From: Alphaproteobacteria bacterium
GTDB taxonomy: Bacteria; Pseudomonadota; Alphaproteobacteria; Micropepsales; Micropepsaceae
Assembly (NCBI GenBank): GCA_947379335.1
Contig: CANCMM010000001.1
Location: forward strand, 1 to 37,156
Length of the DNA stretch: 37,156 bases
Direction: 5' to 3'
In this document: positions 8,073 through 17,273 of the stretch, piece after piece
Numbering within the stretch: position 1 is the stretch's first letter
Layout of the letters: each line of letters begins with the position of its first letter
Notes under the pieces: generated by a model
Database searches by the model: none
Told to the model about the DNA's origin: nothing
The model's input: only the letters and a program-made list of their open reading frames with translations
Translations under genes and position numbers: made by a program

Positions 8073-9465
8073 GGGCGGCTTCTAATGTCCTGAGAGTTTT
8101 GGTGGTGTCGTCGATCACCTGTTCCATGCAACCAGGCTGGAACAGGGAAATCTTGATCTGGTAAAGACCCGGCTTGTCATAAGTCTCGGCCGGCGCCAGG
8201 TAACCGACATTGCCATTGACGATGTTCAGCACCATCACGGCATGGCCGGGGAAGCGGGCGCGGATTTCCTTCTGGTAGACGCTGTAGGGTTCCGCCGGCG
8301 CACCGACCAGAAACGCATCGCCCATCTGCACCAGGGTGGTCGAGACCGTTCGCGACGTGCCATCACCCACATCCCGGCGCACCATCAGCCGCCGCTCGAT
8401 CCGCTCCTTCAGGGGGCGATCGGTGCAGTCTTTCAGTTGCGCCAACAGTTCGGCTTCCGTCGGCAGGTTGACGTAGGGCAGTTCGGTGTTGGAACGGGTG
8501 ATCTTCAGCGCCGTGCTGGCGGGCTTGGGGCGCAGGCTCCAGCGGCCCAGCCGCGCGCCGGAGTCTTCGATGCGATCGAAAGCGATTTCCTGTTCCGGCG
8601 GCAACATGCCGGTCAGGGTGGACAGCGCCGCGTAGCCGAGCTGGCGGCCATTCTGGTCGGCGATGGCGGTATCGCTTTCATAGGAGCGCAGCGGCGTCAT
8701 GTCGCCCGACGCGCCGTGCAGGAAGAAACAGGGGGCGCCGCCGGTGTCGCGCTCCACCACTTCGCGCATGGCGCCATAGTAATCGGGCGAGATCATCTTG
8801 TTGCCGCCGCCCAGCGACACCGGATGACAGGCATAATTGACCATGGTGGCGAGGATCTTGCCCTTGGCGTCAGTGACACGGCCCACCAGCACCGTGTCGT
8901 CGCTGGGGCCATCGGGATTGACACTGCAAAGGAAGGTCTCGCTGTCCAGCACCAGGTCGCGGTTGCGCGCCAGGTCGCAGTGACCGCTGGCCCAGGATGC
9001 CACGGCCGGTTGCACGTTCGCCTTGGATTCCAGAATGACCTTGACCGCGCCTTCCACGATCTTGTCGCGATAGGGCGGGATCAACTCGCCACCCTGGCGA
9101 TGCAGGTTCTGCAGGTTGGTGATGGGCCCTGAATGGGTATGGCCCATATGGGTGATGAGCTGGTCGTTGCGGATGCCCGATTGTTTCAGGATGCGCTCAC
9201 GGATTTCCATCTCATGGGCGTTGTCGTACCACCAGCCCAGATCGAAGCAGACCAGATAGAGTTCGATTTGCGGATCGCCGCCGCGAATGAACATGCTGGT
9301 GACATAGAGCGGGCGATGGATGCCTTCGGCCGCGTCATGCTTGGCGCTGCCCCAGGACCGCGAATAGATGCCGTCGGGCGGGGTGATGTCGGCTTTCGCC
9401 ACACCGATCTCGCCTTTGAATTCCGATTGCCGGATCACCAGATCCGCAAGGTTTTTCTTGTTCAT
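8065..9465 (-). CDS. Neutral/alkaline ceramidase-like metal-dependent amidohydrolase
   Basis: Start MNKKNLAD at 9465 overlaps the symporter stop (ATGA). Motifs DITPP, HTHSGP, NYACHP, ISPDYYG, GASGDMTP, PAEPY, GYLAP. No signal peptide. Confidence 0.72.
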   Translation of the reverse strand: MNKKNLADLVIRQSEFKGEIGVAKADITPPDGIYSRSWGSAKHDAAEGIHRPLYVTSMFIRGGDPQIELYLVCFDLGWWYDNAHEMEIRERILKQSGIRNDQLITHMGHTHSGPITNLQNLHRQGGELIPPYRDKIVEGAVKVILESKANVQPAVASWASGHCDLARNRDLVLDSETFLCSVNPDGPSDDTVLVGRVTDAKGKILATMVNYACHPVSLGGGNKMISPDYYGAMREVVERDTGGAPCFFLHGASGDMTPLRSYESDTAIADQNGRQLGYAALSTLTGMLPPEQEIAFDRIEDSGARLGRWSLRPKPASTALKITRSNTELPYVNLPTEAELLAQLKDCTDRPLKERIERRLMVRRDVGDGTSRTVSTTLVQMGDAFLVGAPAEPYSVYQKEIRARFPGHAVMVLNIVNGNVGYLAPAETYDKPGLYQIKISLFQPGCMEQVIDDTTKTLRTLEAAHG

Positions 9466-11192
9466 GGCCCTGTTCCTGTCGGGAAGAAGAGTTGGGAGAA
9501 TACCACCATGGCGGCCAAGGTCAGCAGCAATGACAGGCCGGCCCACAGCACCACGCTGCTGTACCATTTCTCGCCCAGGCCTTGGCGCAGGGTTTCCCCG
9601 GAATTCCAGAAGGTCACGGGGTCCGGGTCGGTTCCGGGGGTGGGGGTGGGATGCGCCAGGGTCCCCAATATGCAGGCCAGCATGGACAGCGCCAGGCAGA
9701 CCGGCGCCTGGTTGCCGAAGGGATAGAACCAGCCCGGCAGGTGTGGAAACGGCCAGGTAAAGGCGGCCACCTTGAATGCGATGCCGACGCCAAAGCCGGT
9801 GATGATGGCGGCGATGGCCCCCGCTCCGTTGGTGCGCTTCCACAGCAGGCCCACCCACAGGATGGCGGCGAAGGGCGGCGCCACCAAAGCGTTGATGGTC
9901 TGCATATATTGATAGATGCCGGCATCCATCCGGCTGATGGCGATGGCCATGGCAATGCCGGCCAGAATGGCGGCGAAGGACGCCCAGATGCCGAAGCGCA
10001 CCTTCTGTTTTTCCGTGGCCGACTTGTTGATCAGCGCGGCATAGATGTCGAATGTCAGAATGGCGCCGGTGGCATTGACCACCGAGCTGATGGTGGACTG
10101 CACGGCACAGATCAGCACCGCCAACAAAAGTCCGCGCAGGCCGGCGGGAAAGAATTCGCGCACCAGCACGACAAAGCCGCCATCGGCGCGATGATTGGCC
10201 GTGGCCCAGTCGGCCAGCATGAATTCGGGATGGCGCGCGAACAGGATCAGGCCCGGCAGCACGATGATCAGCGGCAGGAACAGCTTGGCGTAACCGGCCA
10301 TTACCATGCCCATGCGGGCATGCCAGATGTCACGCGCGCCCAGCACGCGCTGGACAATGAACTGGTTCATCACCCCGTACCACACCCCCACCGCCAGGAA
10401 ACCGAACATGGTGCCGGTCCAGGGCACCAGCGGATGATCCGGCGGCTGCCACACCGTCATGCGATTGTAAGCGCCGTAATGGGTCAGATGCGGCGCGCTG
10501 ATGTTCAGTGCCTGGTGCCAGATGCCGCCGGCCGCGACATTCTTGTCGATCACATACTTGAAGCCGTCGATGATGCCGCCCGAGGAAGTCATCGCCTTCA
10601 GCGCCAGGATGGTGAGCAAGGTGACGCCGCCGATCTTGACGATGGCGGTCAGCACGCCGGTCCAGGCCACGGTGTTGAGACCACCATAGACCGCCCAGCC
10701 GCCGGCGAAAATGCCGGTGCCGATGATGCACCACAAAAGCGGCCAGCCGAAGAAGCCGGCCAGCGCCAGCCCGCCAGCATACATCACCGCCGCCATGAAG
10801 ATGGTGATGTTGGCGAAGATGGTCAGCAGCGCAAAGGCCAGCCGCACCCCCGGCCCGAACCGCTTGGCCAGGTATTCCGGCACGGTGGTGATGCGCGCCC
10901 GGATCAGGAAAGGCACGAACAGGAAAACGATGACGATCTCGGCCAGGGTGGTCTGCCACTGGGCCAGGGCGGTCGGCATGCCCAGCAGATAGCTGGCGCC
11001 GATCAGGCCGATGAAATGCTCGGTGGAGACGTTGGCGGCGATATAAGAGCCGCCCACCACGTACCAGGGCAGCCGCCGGCCGGCCAGAAAGTAGTCGCTG
11101 GAAGACCCCCGCTCGCCCCGGCCGGAGACGAAGCCCACCACGCACAGCGCTGCCAGGAAGACGAAAAACTCGACATAGTCGAGCGGCAACAT
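9462..11192 (-). CDS. Sodium:solute symporter (SSS/SLC5, sugar/polyol SGLT-like)
   Basis: Start MLPLDY at 11192. DYFLAGRRLPWYVVGGSYIAANVSTEHFIGL, TVPEYLAKRFG, YGGL..VAWT, WYGVMNQFIVQRVLGA, PAGLRGLLLA, and many hydrophobic helices. Confidence 0.93.
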   Translation of the reverse strand: MLPLDYVEFFVFLAALCVVGFVSGRGERGSSSDYFLAGRRLPWYVVGGSYIAANVSTEHFIGLIGASYLLGMPTALAQWQTTLAEIVIVFLFVPFLIRARITTVPEYLAKRFGPGVRLAFALLTIFANITIFMAAVMYAGGLALAGFFGWPLLWCIIGTGIFAGGWAVYGGLNTVAWTGVLTAIVKIGGVTLLTILALKAMTSSGGIIDGFKYVIDKNVAAGGIWHQALNISAPHLTHYGAYNRMTVWQPPDHPLVPWTGTMFGFLAVGVWYGVMNQFIVQRVLGARDIWHARMGMVMAGYAKLFLPLIIVLPGLILFARHPEFMLADWATANHRADGGFVVLVREFFPAGLRGLLLAVLICAVQSTISSVVNATGAILTFDIYAALINKSATEKQKVRFGIWASFAAILAGIAMAIAISRMDAGIYQYMQTINALVAPPFAAILWVGLLWKRTNGAGAIAAIITGFGVGIAFKVAAFTWPFPHLPGWFYPFGNQAPVCLALSMLACILGTLAHPTPTPGTDPDPVTFWNSGETLRQGLGEKWYSSVVLWAGLSLLLTLAAMVVFSQLFFPTGTGP

Positions 11193-11298
11193 CGCCAATG
11201 TCGAACCAGAACCCACTATTGCCCCGTCCGGCGCTTTTTCCGCCGCCCCTTTTGCGGCTAGTGTAACCGGCCCCCGCCAACCCCGCCACCGGCAAACG

Positions 11299-13968
11299 AT
11301 GAACGAGCAACCCAGAATTACCCGCGAAGACCGCGCCTTTATCCGCCTGCTGGGCCGGCTGTTGGGCGAGGTGATCCGCGAGCAGCGCGGGGCGGAGGCA
11401 TTCCAGCTGGTGGAGGATATCCGCCGCCAGTCGGTGGGCGAGCACCGCAGCGGTGAAATCGCGATGGACCGGCTGCGCCGCCTCAGCCAGCCGGAGATCC
11501 TGCTGCTGATCCGCGCCTTTTCGATCTTTTCCCAGCTGGCCAACATTGCCGACGATCACGTCGCCCGGCGCGAGACCAAGGCACTGGGCTCAGGGGCTGC
11601 CCAACGCATGGAGCTGCATCCGGGCCTGACCCCCAAGCGGGTGCGCGCCTATCTGAAAGACGCGCTGTTCGTGCCGGTGATCACCGCCCACCCCACCGAG
11701 GTGCGCCGCAAATCCATCCTGGACCGCGAGAATGAGCTCAGCGAACTTTTGGAACGGCGCGAGGCGGCCAGCCTGCAGACCGCCGAGCAGGACGAGATCG
11801 ATGTGCAGATCAAGCGCGCCATCCGTGTGTTGTGGCAGACCCGCATGCTGCGGGACAATCGCATCACCGTGCAGGACGAGATCGAGAACAACCTCGCCGT
11901 CTTTGCCCGCAGCTTCCTGCCCGGTCTGCCGCTGGTCAAACGCCGGCTGGCACGGTTGTTCAAGCTGGACGGCGAGATGATGGCGTATCTCAAGCCGGGT
12001 TCCTGGGTGGGCGGCGACCGCGACGGCAATCCCAATGTCTCGCCCGAGACCCTGGACTATGCCGTGCGCCGTCAGGCCGAGATCGTGCTGGATCATTATC
12101 TGGGTGAAATTCATGCCCTGGGCGCGGAACTGTCGCTGTCCGATTCCCTGACGGAAACCAGCGATGCGCTGAAAGACCTGGCAGCGCGGGACGACCAGAT
12201 CTCGGTGCATCAGGGCGACGAGCCTTATCGCCGTGCGCTGGTCACCTGCTACGCCCGCATGGCGGCGACCCGCGCGGCGCTGCTCGGCGCAGACCCGGTG
12301 CGCAAGGCCCGCTTCAAGGCCGACGCCTATGCGACGCCGGAAGACTTCGCCGCAGACCTGGACGTGATTGCCACGTCGCTGGCCGAAAATGGCGATGGTG
12401 ATCTGGCCGAAGGTCGGCTTTTGAACCTGCGCGAAGCGGTGGGCGCCTTTGGATTTCATCTCGCCACCATGGATGTGCGCCAGAACAGCGATGTGCATGA
12501 ACGCGCCGTGGCCGAATTGCTGAAAGTCGCGGGCGCGAAAGCCGATTACCTGGCGCTGGCGGAAGACAAGCGCGCCGCGCTGCTGCTGGACGAACTGGCC
12601 CATGCCCGCCCCCTGCGCTCGCCCTATGCGGGCTATTCCACCGAGACGGCGCGCGAATTGGCCATTGCAGACAAGGCCGCGGCGCTGAAAAAGAATTTCG
12701 GCGAAGGCGCGGTGGCGCAATATGTGATTTCCAAGGCCGCGACCCCGTCCGATCTGCTGGAAACCGCGCTTCTGATGAAGGAAGCCGGGCTGTTCCTGCC
12801 GGGCCAGACACCGAATGCGCGGCTGCGCGTGGTGCCGTTGTTCGAAACCATCGAGGACTTGCGCCAGAGCGCGGCTGTGATGGGCACCTACTTCGATGCC
12901 CCACTGCCCAGGGCGATGATCGCCGCCCAGGGCAACCTGCAGGAAGTGATGATCGGCTATTCCGACAGCAACAAGGATGGCGGCTACGTCACCTCCAACT
13001 GGGAAATCTATTCCGGCATCGCCCGGCTGGTGGCGCTGGGCAAGGATCGCGGCATCCACATGCGCTTCTTCCATGGCCGCGGCGGCGCGGTGGGACGCGG
13101 CGGCGGCTCCAGCTTCGACGCCATCCGCGCCCTGCCCGGTGAGGCCAGCGCCCACGGCATCCGCATCACCGAACAGGGCGAAGTGGTGGCCTCGAAATAT
13201 GGCGATCCGGAGATTGGCCAGGCCAGCCTGGAAACCATCGTCGCCGCCGCACTGCTGGCCGAATTGTCGCCACAGGACGATGCCGCCGATGGCGAAGGCG
13301 GCGCACTGCTGGCAAAGCTGTCGCAGATCGCCTTCGGTCATTATCGCGGCCTGGTCTATGACACACCGAACTTCGAGACCTATTTCCGCCAGGCTACGCC
13401 GCTCTTGGAAATCGCCGACCTCAAGATCGGCAGCCGCCCCGCCTCGCGCACCAAGTCGCCGAAGATCGAAGACCTGCGCGCCATTCCCTGGGTGTTTTCC
13501 TGGTCCCAGGCACGGGTCATGCTGCCCGGCTGGTTCGGCTTCGGCACGGCCGCGAACGCCGTGGGGGTGGAGCAACTGAAGCCCCTTTACAAGAAGTCGG
13601 CTTTCTTCCGCACCATGCTGGCCAACATGGAAATGGTGCTGGCCAAGTCCAGCCTTCCCATCGCCCGGCGCTACAGCGAGCTGGTAGAAGACCGCACCTT
13701 TGCGCAAACGGTCATGGCGCGGATCGAGGCGGAATGGAAAAGCACCCGCGCCGCGGTCCTGGCGATCAACGGACAGTCCGAACTGTTGGCGCAAAGCCCC
13801 AGGCTGGCGGAGTCCATCCGCAGCCGCCTGCCCTATGTGGACGCGCTCAACCATCTGCAGGTGGATCTGCTGCGGCGGCGGCGCGAAGGCGATGCCAGCC
13901 CCGATATCCATGCCGGCATCCATATGTCGATCAATGGCGTCGCGGCAGGCCTTCGTAACAGCGGCTGA
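11299..13968 (+). CDS. ppc: Phosphoenolpyruvate carboxylase
   Basis: VITAHPTE, SWVGGDRDGNP, VPLFETI, QEVMIGYSDSNKDGG, FFHGRGGAVGRGG, LRAIPWVFSWSQ, C-terminal GLRNSG. Confidence 0.98.
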   Translation: MNEQPRITREDRAFIRLLGRLLGEVIREQRGAEAFQLVEDIRRQSVGEHRSGEIAMDRLRRLSQPEILLLIRAFSIFSQLANIADDHVARRETKALGSGAAQRMELHPGLTPKRVRAYLKDALFVPVITAHPTEVRRKSILDRENELSELLERREAASLQTAEQDEIDVQIKRAIRVLWQTRMLRDNRITVQDEIENNLAVFARSFLPGLPLVKRRLARLFKLDGEMMAYLKPGSWVGGDRDGNPNVSPETLDYAVRRQAEIVLDHYLGEIHALGAELSLSDSLTETSDALKDLAARDDQISVHQGDEPYRRALVTCYARMAATRAALLGADPVRKARFKADAYATPEDFAADLDVIATSLAENGDGDLAEGRLLNLREAVGAFGFHLATMDVRQNSDVHERAVAELLKVAGAKADYLALAEDKRAALLLDELAHARPLRSPYAGYSTETARELAIADKAAALKKNFGEGAVAQYVISKAATPSDLLETALLMKEAGLFLPGQTPNARLRVVPLFETIEDLRQSAAVMGTYFDAPLPRAMIAAQGNLQEVMIGYSDSNKDGGYVTSNWEIYSGIARLVALGKDRGIHMRFFHGRGGAVGRGGGSSFDAIRALPGEASAHGIRITEQGEVVASKYGDPEIGQASLETIVAAALLAELSPQDDAADGEGGALLAKLSQIAFGHYRGLVYDTPNFETYFRQATPLLEIADLKIGSRPASRTKSPKIEDLRAIPWVFSWSQARVMLPGWFGFGTAANAVGVEQLKPLYKKSAFFRTMLANMEMVLAKSSLPIARRYSELVEDRTFAQTVMARIEAEWKSTRAAVLAINGQSELLAQSPRLAESIRSRLPYVDALNHLQVDLLRRRREGDASPDIHAGIHMSINGVAAGLRNSG

Positions 13969-13987
13969 TAACAATAAGAGGAAACGC

Positions 13988-15262
13988 ATGAAACGGATCT
14001 TGTTCGCAGCCGCGCTGCTGATGCCGGTTGCAGCGATGGCGCAGGAGCTGACTCGCCCGGCGCCCACCGCGGGCGACAGCCGCGAATTCCCGGCGCCGCG
14101 CATGGTCGAAGGACAGTATTGGGATGCAAGACCGCCGGAAAAGGCGGATGACAAACCGTTGTTCCCGCTACAGACCCGCGCGCCCTATCACAAGGTGCAT
14201 GACTATAAAGTCACCACCATCACCGATCAGCTGCACCTGCCCTGGTCGCTGGCCTTCCTGCCGGATGGCAAGATGCTGGTGACGGAGAAATTCCCTGCCC
14301 ATTTGCGCATCGTCAGCGCCGACGGCGCTATGACCGAGCCGCTGGCAGGCCTGGACGGGCTCGCATCCCTTCGTCCACTAGGATTGCTGGATGTCGCGCT
14401 GGCGCCGGACTTCCCCAAAAGCCGGCGCATCTATTTTTCGTTCTTCAACATTTTGCCCAAGGGCAACAGCAACACCTATCTGGCGCATGCCGTGCTGGAT
14501 CAGGCCGGCAATGCCGTGCACGACGTGACGGTGATCTATCGCGGTGTGCCCGAGCTGCCGGAGCAGAACTTTTCCATGAAGCAGGGCGGCCGCATCGTCA
14601 TCGCGCGCGACGGCACCATCTTCATGACGGTGGGCGACCGCGACGGCAACCGCAAGGCCGACTATGACCAGCAGCTGGCGCAGAAGACGGACATCGATGT
14701 CGGCAAGATCGTCCATGTGACGGCGGAGGGTTTGCCCACGCCCAACAATCCGTTTTTGAATCGTGGCGATGTGCGTCCCGAAATCTGGGCCACTGGCATC
14801 CGCAGCCCCGAAGGCTTTGCGATAGCGCCCGACGGCACCTTGTGGGAAACCGAACACGGCCCGCGCGGCGGCGACGAATTGAACAAGATCCAGCGCGGCA
14901 GGAACTACGGCTGGCCGATCATCACCCATGGCCTCGATTATCCCGGCGGCCCCATCGGCGAAGGCATTGTCGCCAAGGACGGGCTGGAGCAGCCGGTCTA
15001 TTATTGGGATCCGGTGATCGCGCCTTCAGGGCTCGCTTATTATAAAGGCAAGCTGTTTCCCAAGTGGAACGGCAACCTGCTGGCGGGCGCATTGCGCGGG
15101 CTTGGCGTCTATCGCCTGGAACTGAAGAACGGCAAGGTGGTCGCGGAAGAGCCGCTGCTGACCGACCTGAAAACCCGCGTCCGCGATGTGCGGGTCGGGC
15201 CGGATGGCGCGGTCTATGTCCTGACTGAGCAGAAGGCGCTGCTGAAGCTGACACCCAACTAA
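13988..15262 (+). CDS. PQQ-dependent sugar dehydrogenase (GSDH/YliI-Asd family), no haem domain
   Basis: Start MKRILFAAALL after GAGGA RBS; signal peptide; LPWSLAFLPDG, GLLDVALAPDF, EHGPRGGDELN, NYGWP, IAPSG, RVRDVRVGPDG. Has KQGGR and GIRSPEG in place of the usual H-x-GGR and GHRNPQG. Confidence 0.9.
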   Translation: MKRILFAAALLMPVAAMAQELTRPAPTAGDSREFPAPRMVEGQYWDARPPEKADDKPLFPLQTRAPYHKVHDYKVTTITDQLHLPWSLAFLPDGKMLVTEKFPAHLRIVSADGAMTEPLAGLDGLASLRPLGLLDVALAPDFPKSRRIYFSFFNILPKGNSNTYLAHAVLDQAGNAVHDVTVIYRGVPELPEQNFSMKQGGRIVIARDGTIFMTVGDRDGNRKADYDQQLAQKTDIDVGKIVHVTAEGLPTPNNPFLNRGDVRPEIWATGIRSPEGFAIAPDGTLWETEHGPRGGDELNKIQRGRNYGWPIITHGLDYPGGPIGEGIVAKDGLEQPVYYWDPVIAPSGLAYYKGKLFPKWNGNLLAGALRGLGVYRLELKNGKVVAEEPLLTDLKTRVRDVRVGPDGAVYVLTEQKALLKLTPN

Positions 15263-15270
15263 GTGGAGGA

Positions 15271-16125
15271 TTAAGAGAAGATCACCGTCTTCCTGCCGTT
15301 CAGCAGGATGCGGTGTTCGCAATGCCATTTGACGGCGCGCGCCAGGGTGCGGCTTTCGATGTCGCGGCCGACTGACACATAATCCTCCGGCCCCAGCCCG
15401 TGGGTGACGCGCTCCACCGACTGTTCGATGATGGGGCCCTCGTCCAGGGCGCCGGTGACATAGTGCGCCGTCGCCCCGATCAGCTTGACGCCGCGCTCAT
15501 GCGCCTGGGTATAGGGATTGGCGCCCTTGAAGCTGGGCAAAAAGCTGTGATGGATGTTGATGATCTGGCCGGGGCGCAGGCGGCAAAAATCATCCGACAG
15601 GATCTGCATGTAACGCGCCAGCACCACAAGATCGATGCAGTGTTCGTCGATCAGCGCCGCCAGCCCGGCCTCCTGCGTCGCCTTGTTGTCCTTGGTCATC
15701 GGCAGATGGACGAAGGGAATGTTTTGTGCCTCCGCGACATCTTCATAGTCGCGGTGGTTGGAAACGATCAGCGGCACTTCGATCGGGATGGCGCCGATGC
15801 GGGTGCGGTACAAGAGATCCACCAACCCGTGGCCGAACTTCGACACCATGATCAGGGCGCGGGTCTTGCGGCTGGAATCGAAGAATTTTGCCTCCATGGC
15901 GAATTTCTGCGCGATGGCGGCGAATTCCTTTTCCAGCCAGGGAATTCCGATGCCGCCTTCCGACAGGCCGTGCACCCGCATGAAGAAGCGGCCATTGGCG
16001 CGGTCGCCGAATTGCTGGCTGTCCAGGATGTTGCAGTTGCGCTCGAACAGGAAACGCGTCACCTCCGCGACAATGCCGCGGCGGTCTGGACAGGAAACCG
16101 ACAAGACGAAATCAGGCTGGCTCAC
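15271..16125 (-). CDS. purU: Formyltetrahydrofolate deformylase
   Basis: ACT domain SCPDRRGIVA..CNILDSQQF; VSNH, LVVLARYMQILS, INIHHSFLPSFKGANPY.QA.ERGVKLIGATAHYVT..LDEGPIIEQ. GTG start at 16125 chosen for typical length (284 aa). Confidence 0.96.
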   Translation of the reverse strand: MSQPDFVLSVSCPDRRGIVAEVTRFLFERNCNILDSQQFGDRANGRFFMRVHGLSEGGIGIPWLEKEFAAIAQKFAMEAKFFDSSRKTRALIMVSKFGHGLVDLLYRTRIGAIPIEVPLIVSNHRDYEDVAEAQNIPFVHLPMTKDNKATQEAGLAALIDEHCIDLVVLARYMQILSDDFCRLRPGQIINIHHSFLPSFKGANPYTQAHERGVKLIGATAHYVTGALDEGPIIEQSVERVTHGLGPEDYVSVGRDIESRTLARAVKWHCEHRILLNGRKTVIFS

Positions 16126-16313
16126 CGGCAAGAGATAAGGCCGGCCGCGCTGAAGCGCAAACGGGTTAAGGGCGCGAGGCTTTTTGGCGGGGCTCCTGTT
16201 GCTTACAGCGTCATGCAGGGGGGCAGGGCCGTTCCGGTCCGGGTTGCACTCCCCTCGCCGATGGTCTGAAATCAAGACCTTAAGCCCCGCCGAAGGGGCA
16301 TTTGGAGGATTTC

Positions 16314-17273
16314 ATGAAAGTCGGTGTGTTCACGCCGTTGCTGTCGGCCCTGCCGCTGGACCAAGTGCTGAAAAAACTCAAATCGCTGAACATCGACACG
16401 GTGGAGTTCGGCACTGGCAATTATCCCGGCGACGCCCATGCCAAGCTGTCCATGCTGGACAATCCGGCGGAACTGGCCACTTTCAAGAGCAAGATCGCCG
16501 ACGCCGGATTCACCATTTCCGCCCTGTCCAGCCACGGCAACCCGCTGCATCCCGACAAGACCATCGCCGATAGATATGCGCAGACCAGCAAGAAGACCAT
16601 TTTGCTGGCCGAGAAGCTGGGCGTGAAGACGGTGGTGGATTTCTCCGGTTGCCCCGGCGATTCCTTTGGCGCCAAGTTTCCCAACTGGGTGACCTGTTCC
16701 TGGCCGCCGGAATATCTGGAGATTTTGAACTGGCAGTGGGACGAGGTCGTGACGCCTTACTGGAAGGCGCACGGCAAGTTCGCCGCCGACCATGGCGTGA
16801 AGGTCGCCATCGAGATGCATCCCGGCTTTGTGGTCTACAATCCCGAAACCATGCTGCGCCTGCGCGCCATCGCCGGGCCGTCGGTGGGCGCCAACCTCGA
16901 CCCCAGCCATTTGTTCTGGCAGGGCATTGATCCCATCGTGGCAGTGCGCGAACTGGGTGAGGCAATCCATTATGTCCATGCCAAGGACACCCAGCTGTTC
17001 CCCACCAACCTGAAGCGCAACGGCGTGCTGGACACCAAGCCTTACACCGACGAGCGTCACCGTTCCTGGATTTTCCGCACCGTGGGTTATGGCCATAGCG
17101 CCGAATGGTGGAGCGAGTTCATCTCCACCTTGCGCATGTATGGCTATGACGATGTGCTGTCGATCGAGCACGAAGACAGCTTGATGTCGCCTGACGAGGG
17201 TCTGACCAAGGCGGCGGCGTTGCTCGCCCAGATCATCATCAAGGACAAGCCGGCCGCGGCCTGGTGGGTGTGA
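16314..17273 (+). CDS. Sugar phosphate isomerase/epimerase-family TIM barrel (xylose isomerase-like/AP endonuclease 2 fold)
   Basis: GGAGGA RBS; metal-ligand motifs IEMHP, NLDPSH, YVHAKD, SIEHED. Confidence 0.88.
   Translation: MKVGVFTPLLSALPLDQVLKKLKSLNIDTVEFGTGNYPGDAHAKLSMLDNPAELATFKSKIADAGFTISALSSHGNPLHPDKTIADRYAQTSKKTILLAEKLGVKTVVDFSGCPGDSFGAKFPNWVTCSWPPEYLEILNWQWDEVVTPYWKAHGKFAADHGVKVAIEMHPGFVVYNPETMLRLRAIAGPSVGANLDPSHLFWQGIDPIVAVRELGEAIHYVHAKDTQLFPTNLKRNGVLDTKPYTDERHRSWIFRTVGYGHSAEWWSEFISTLRMYGYDDVLSIEHEDSLMSPDEGLTKAAALLAQIIIKDKPAAAWWV

Noticed and set aside
5217-8093. 958-aa + strand ORF (likewise 2522-3868, 9582-11261, 28008-29693)
   Set aside because: Antisense shadows of well-supported minus-strand genes, expected from high-GC codon bias.
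11590-14154. 854-aa minus-strand ORF
   Set aside because: Antisense to ppc; no recognisable domain.
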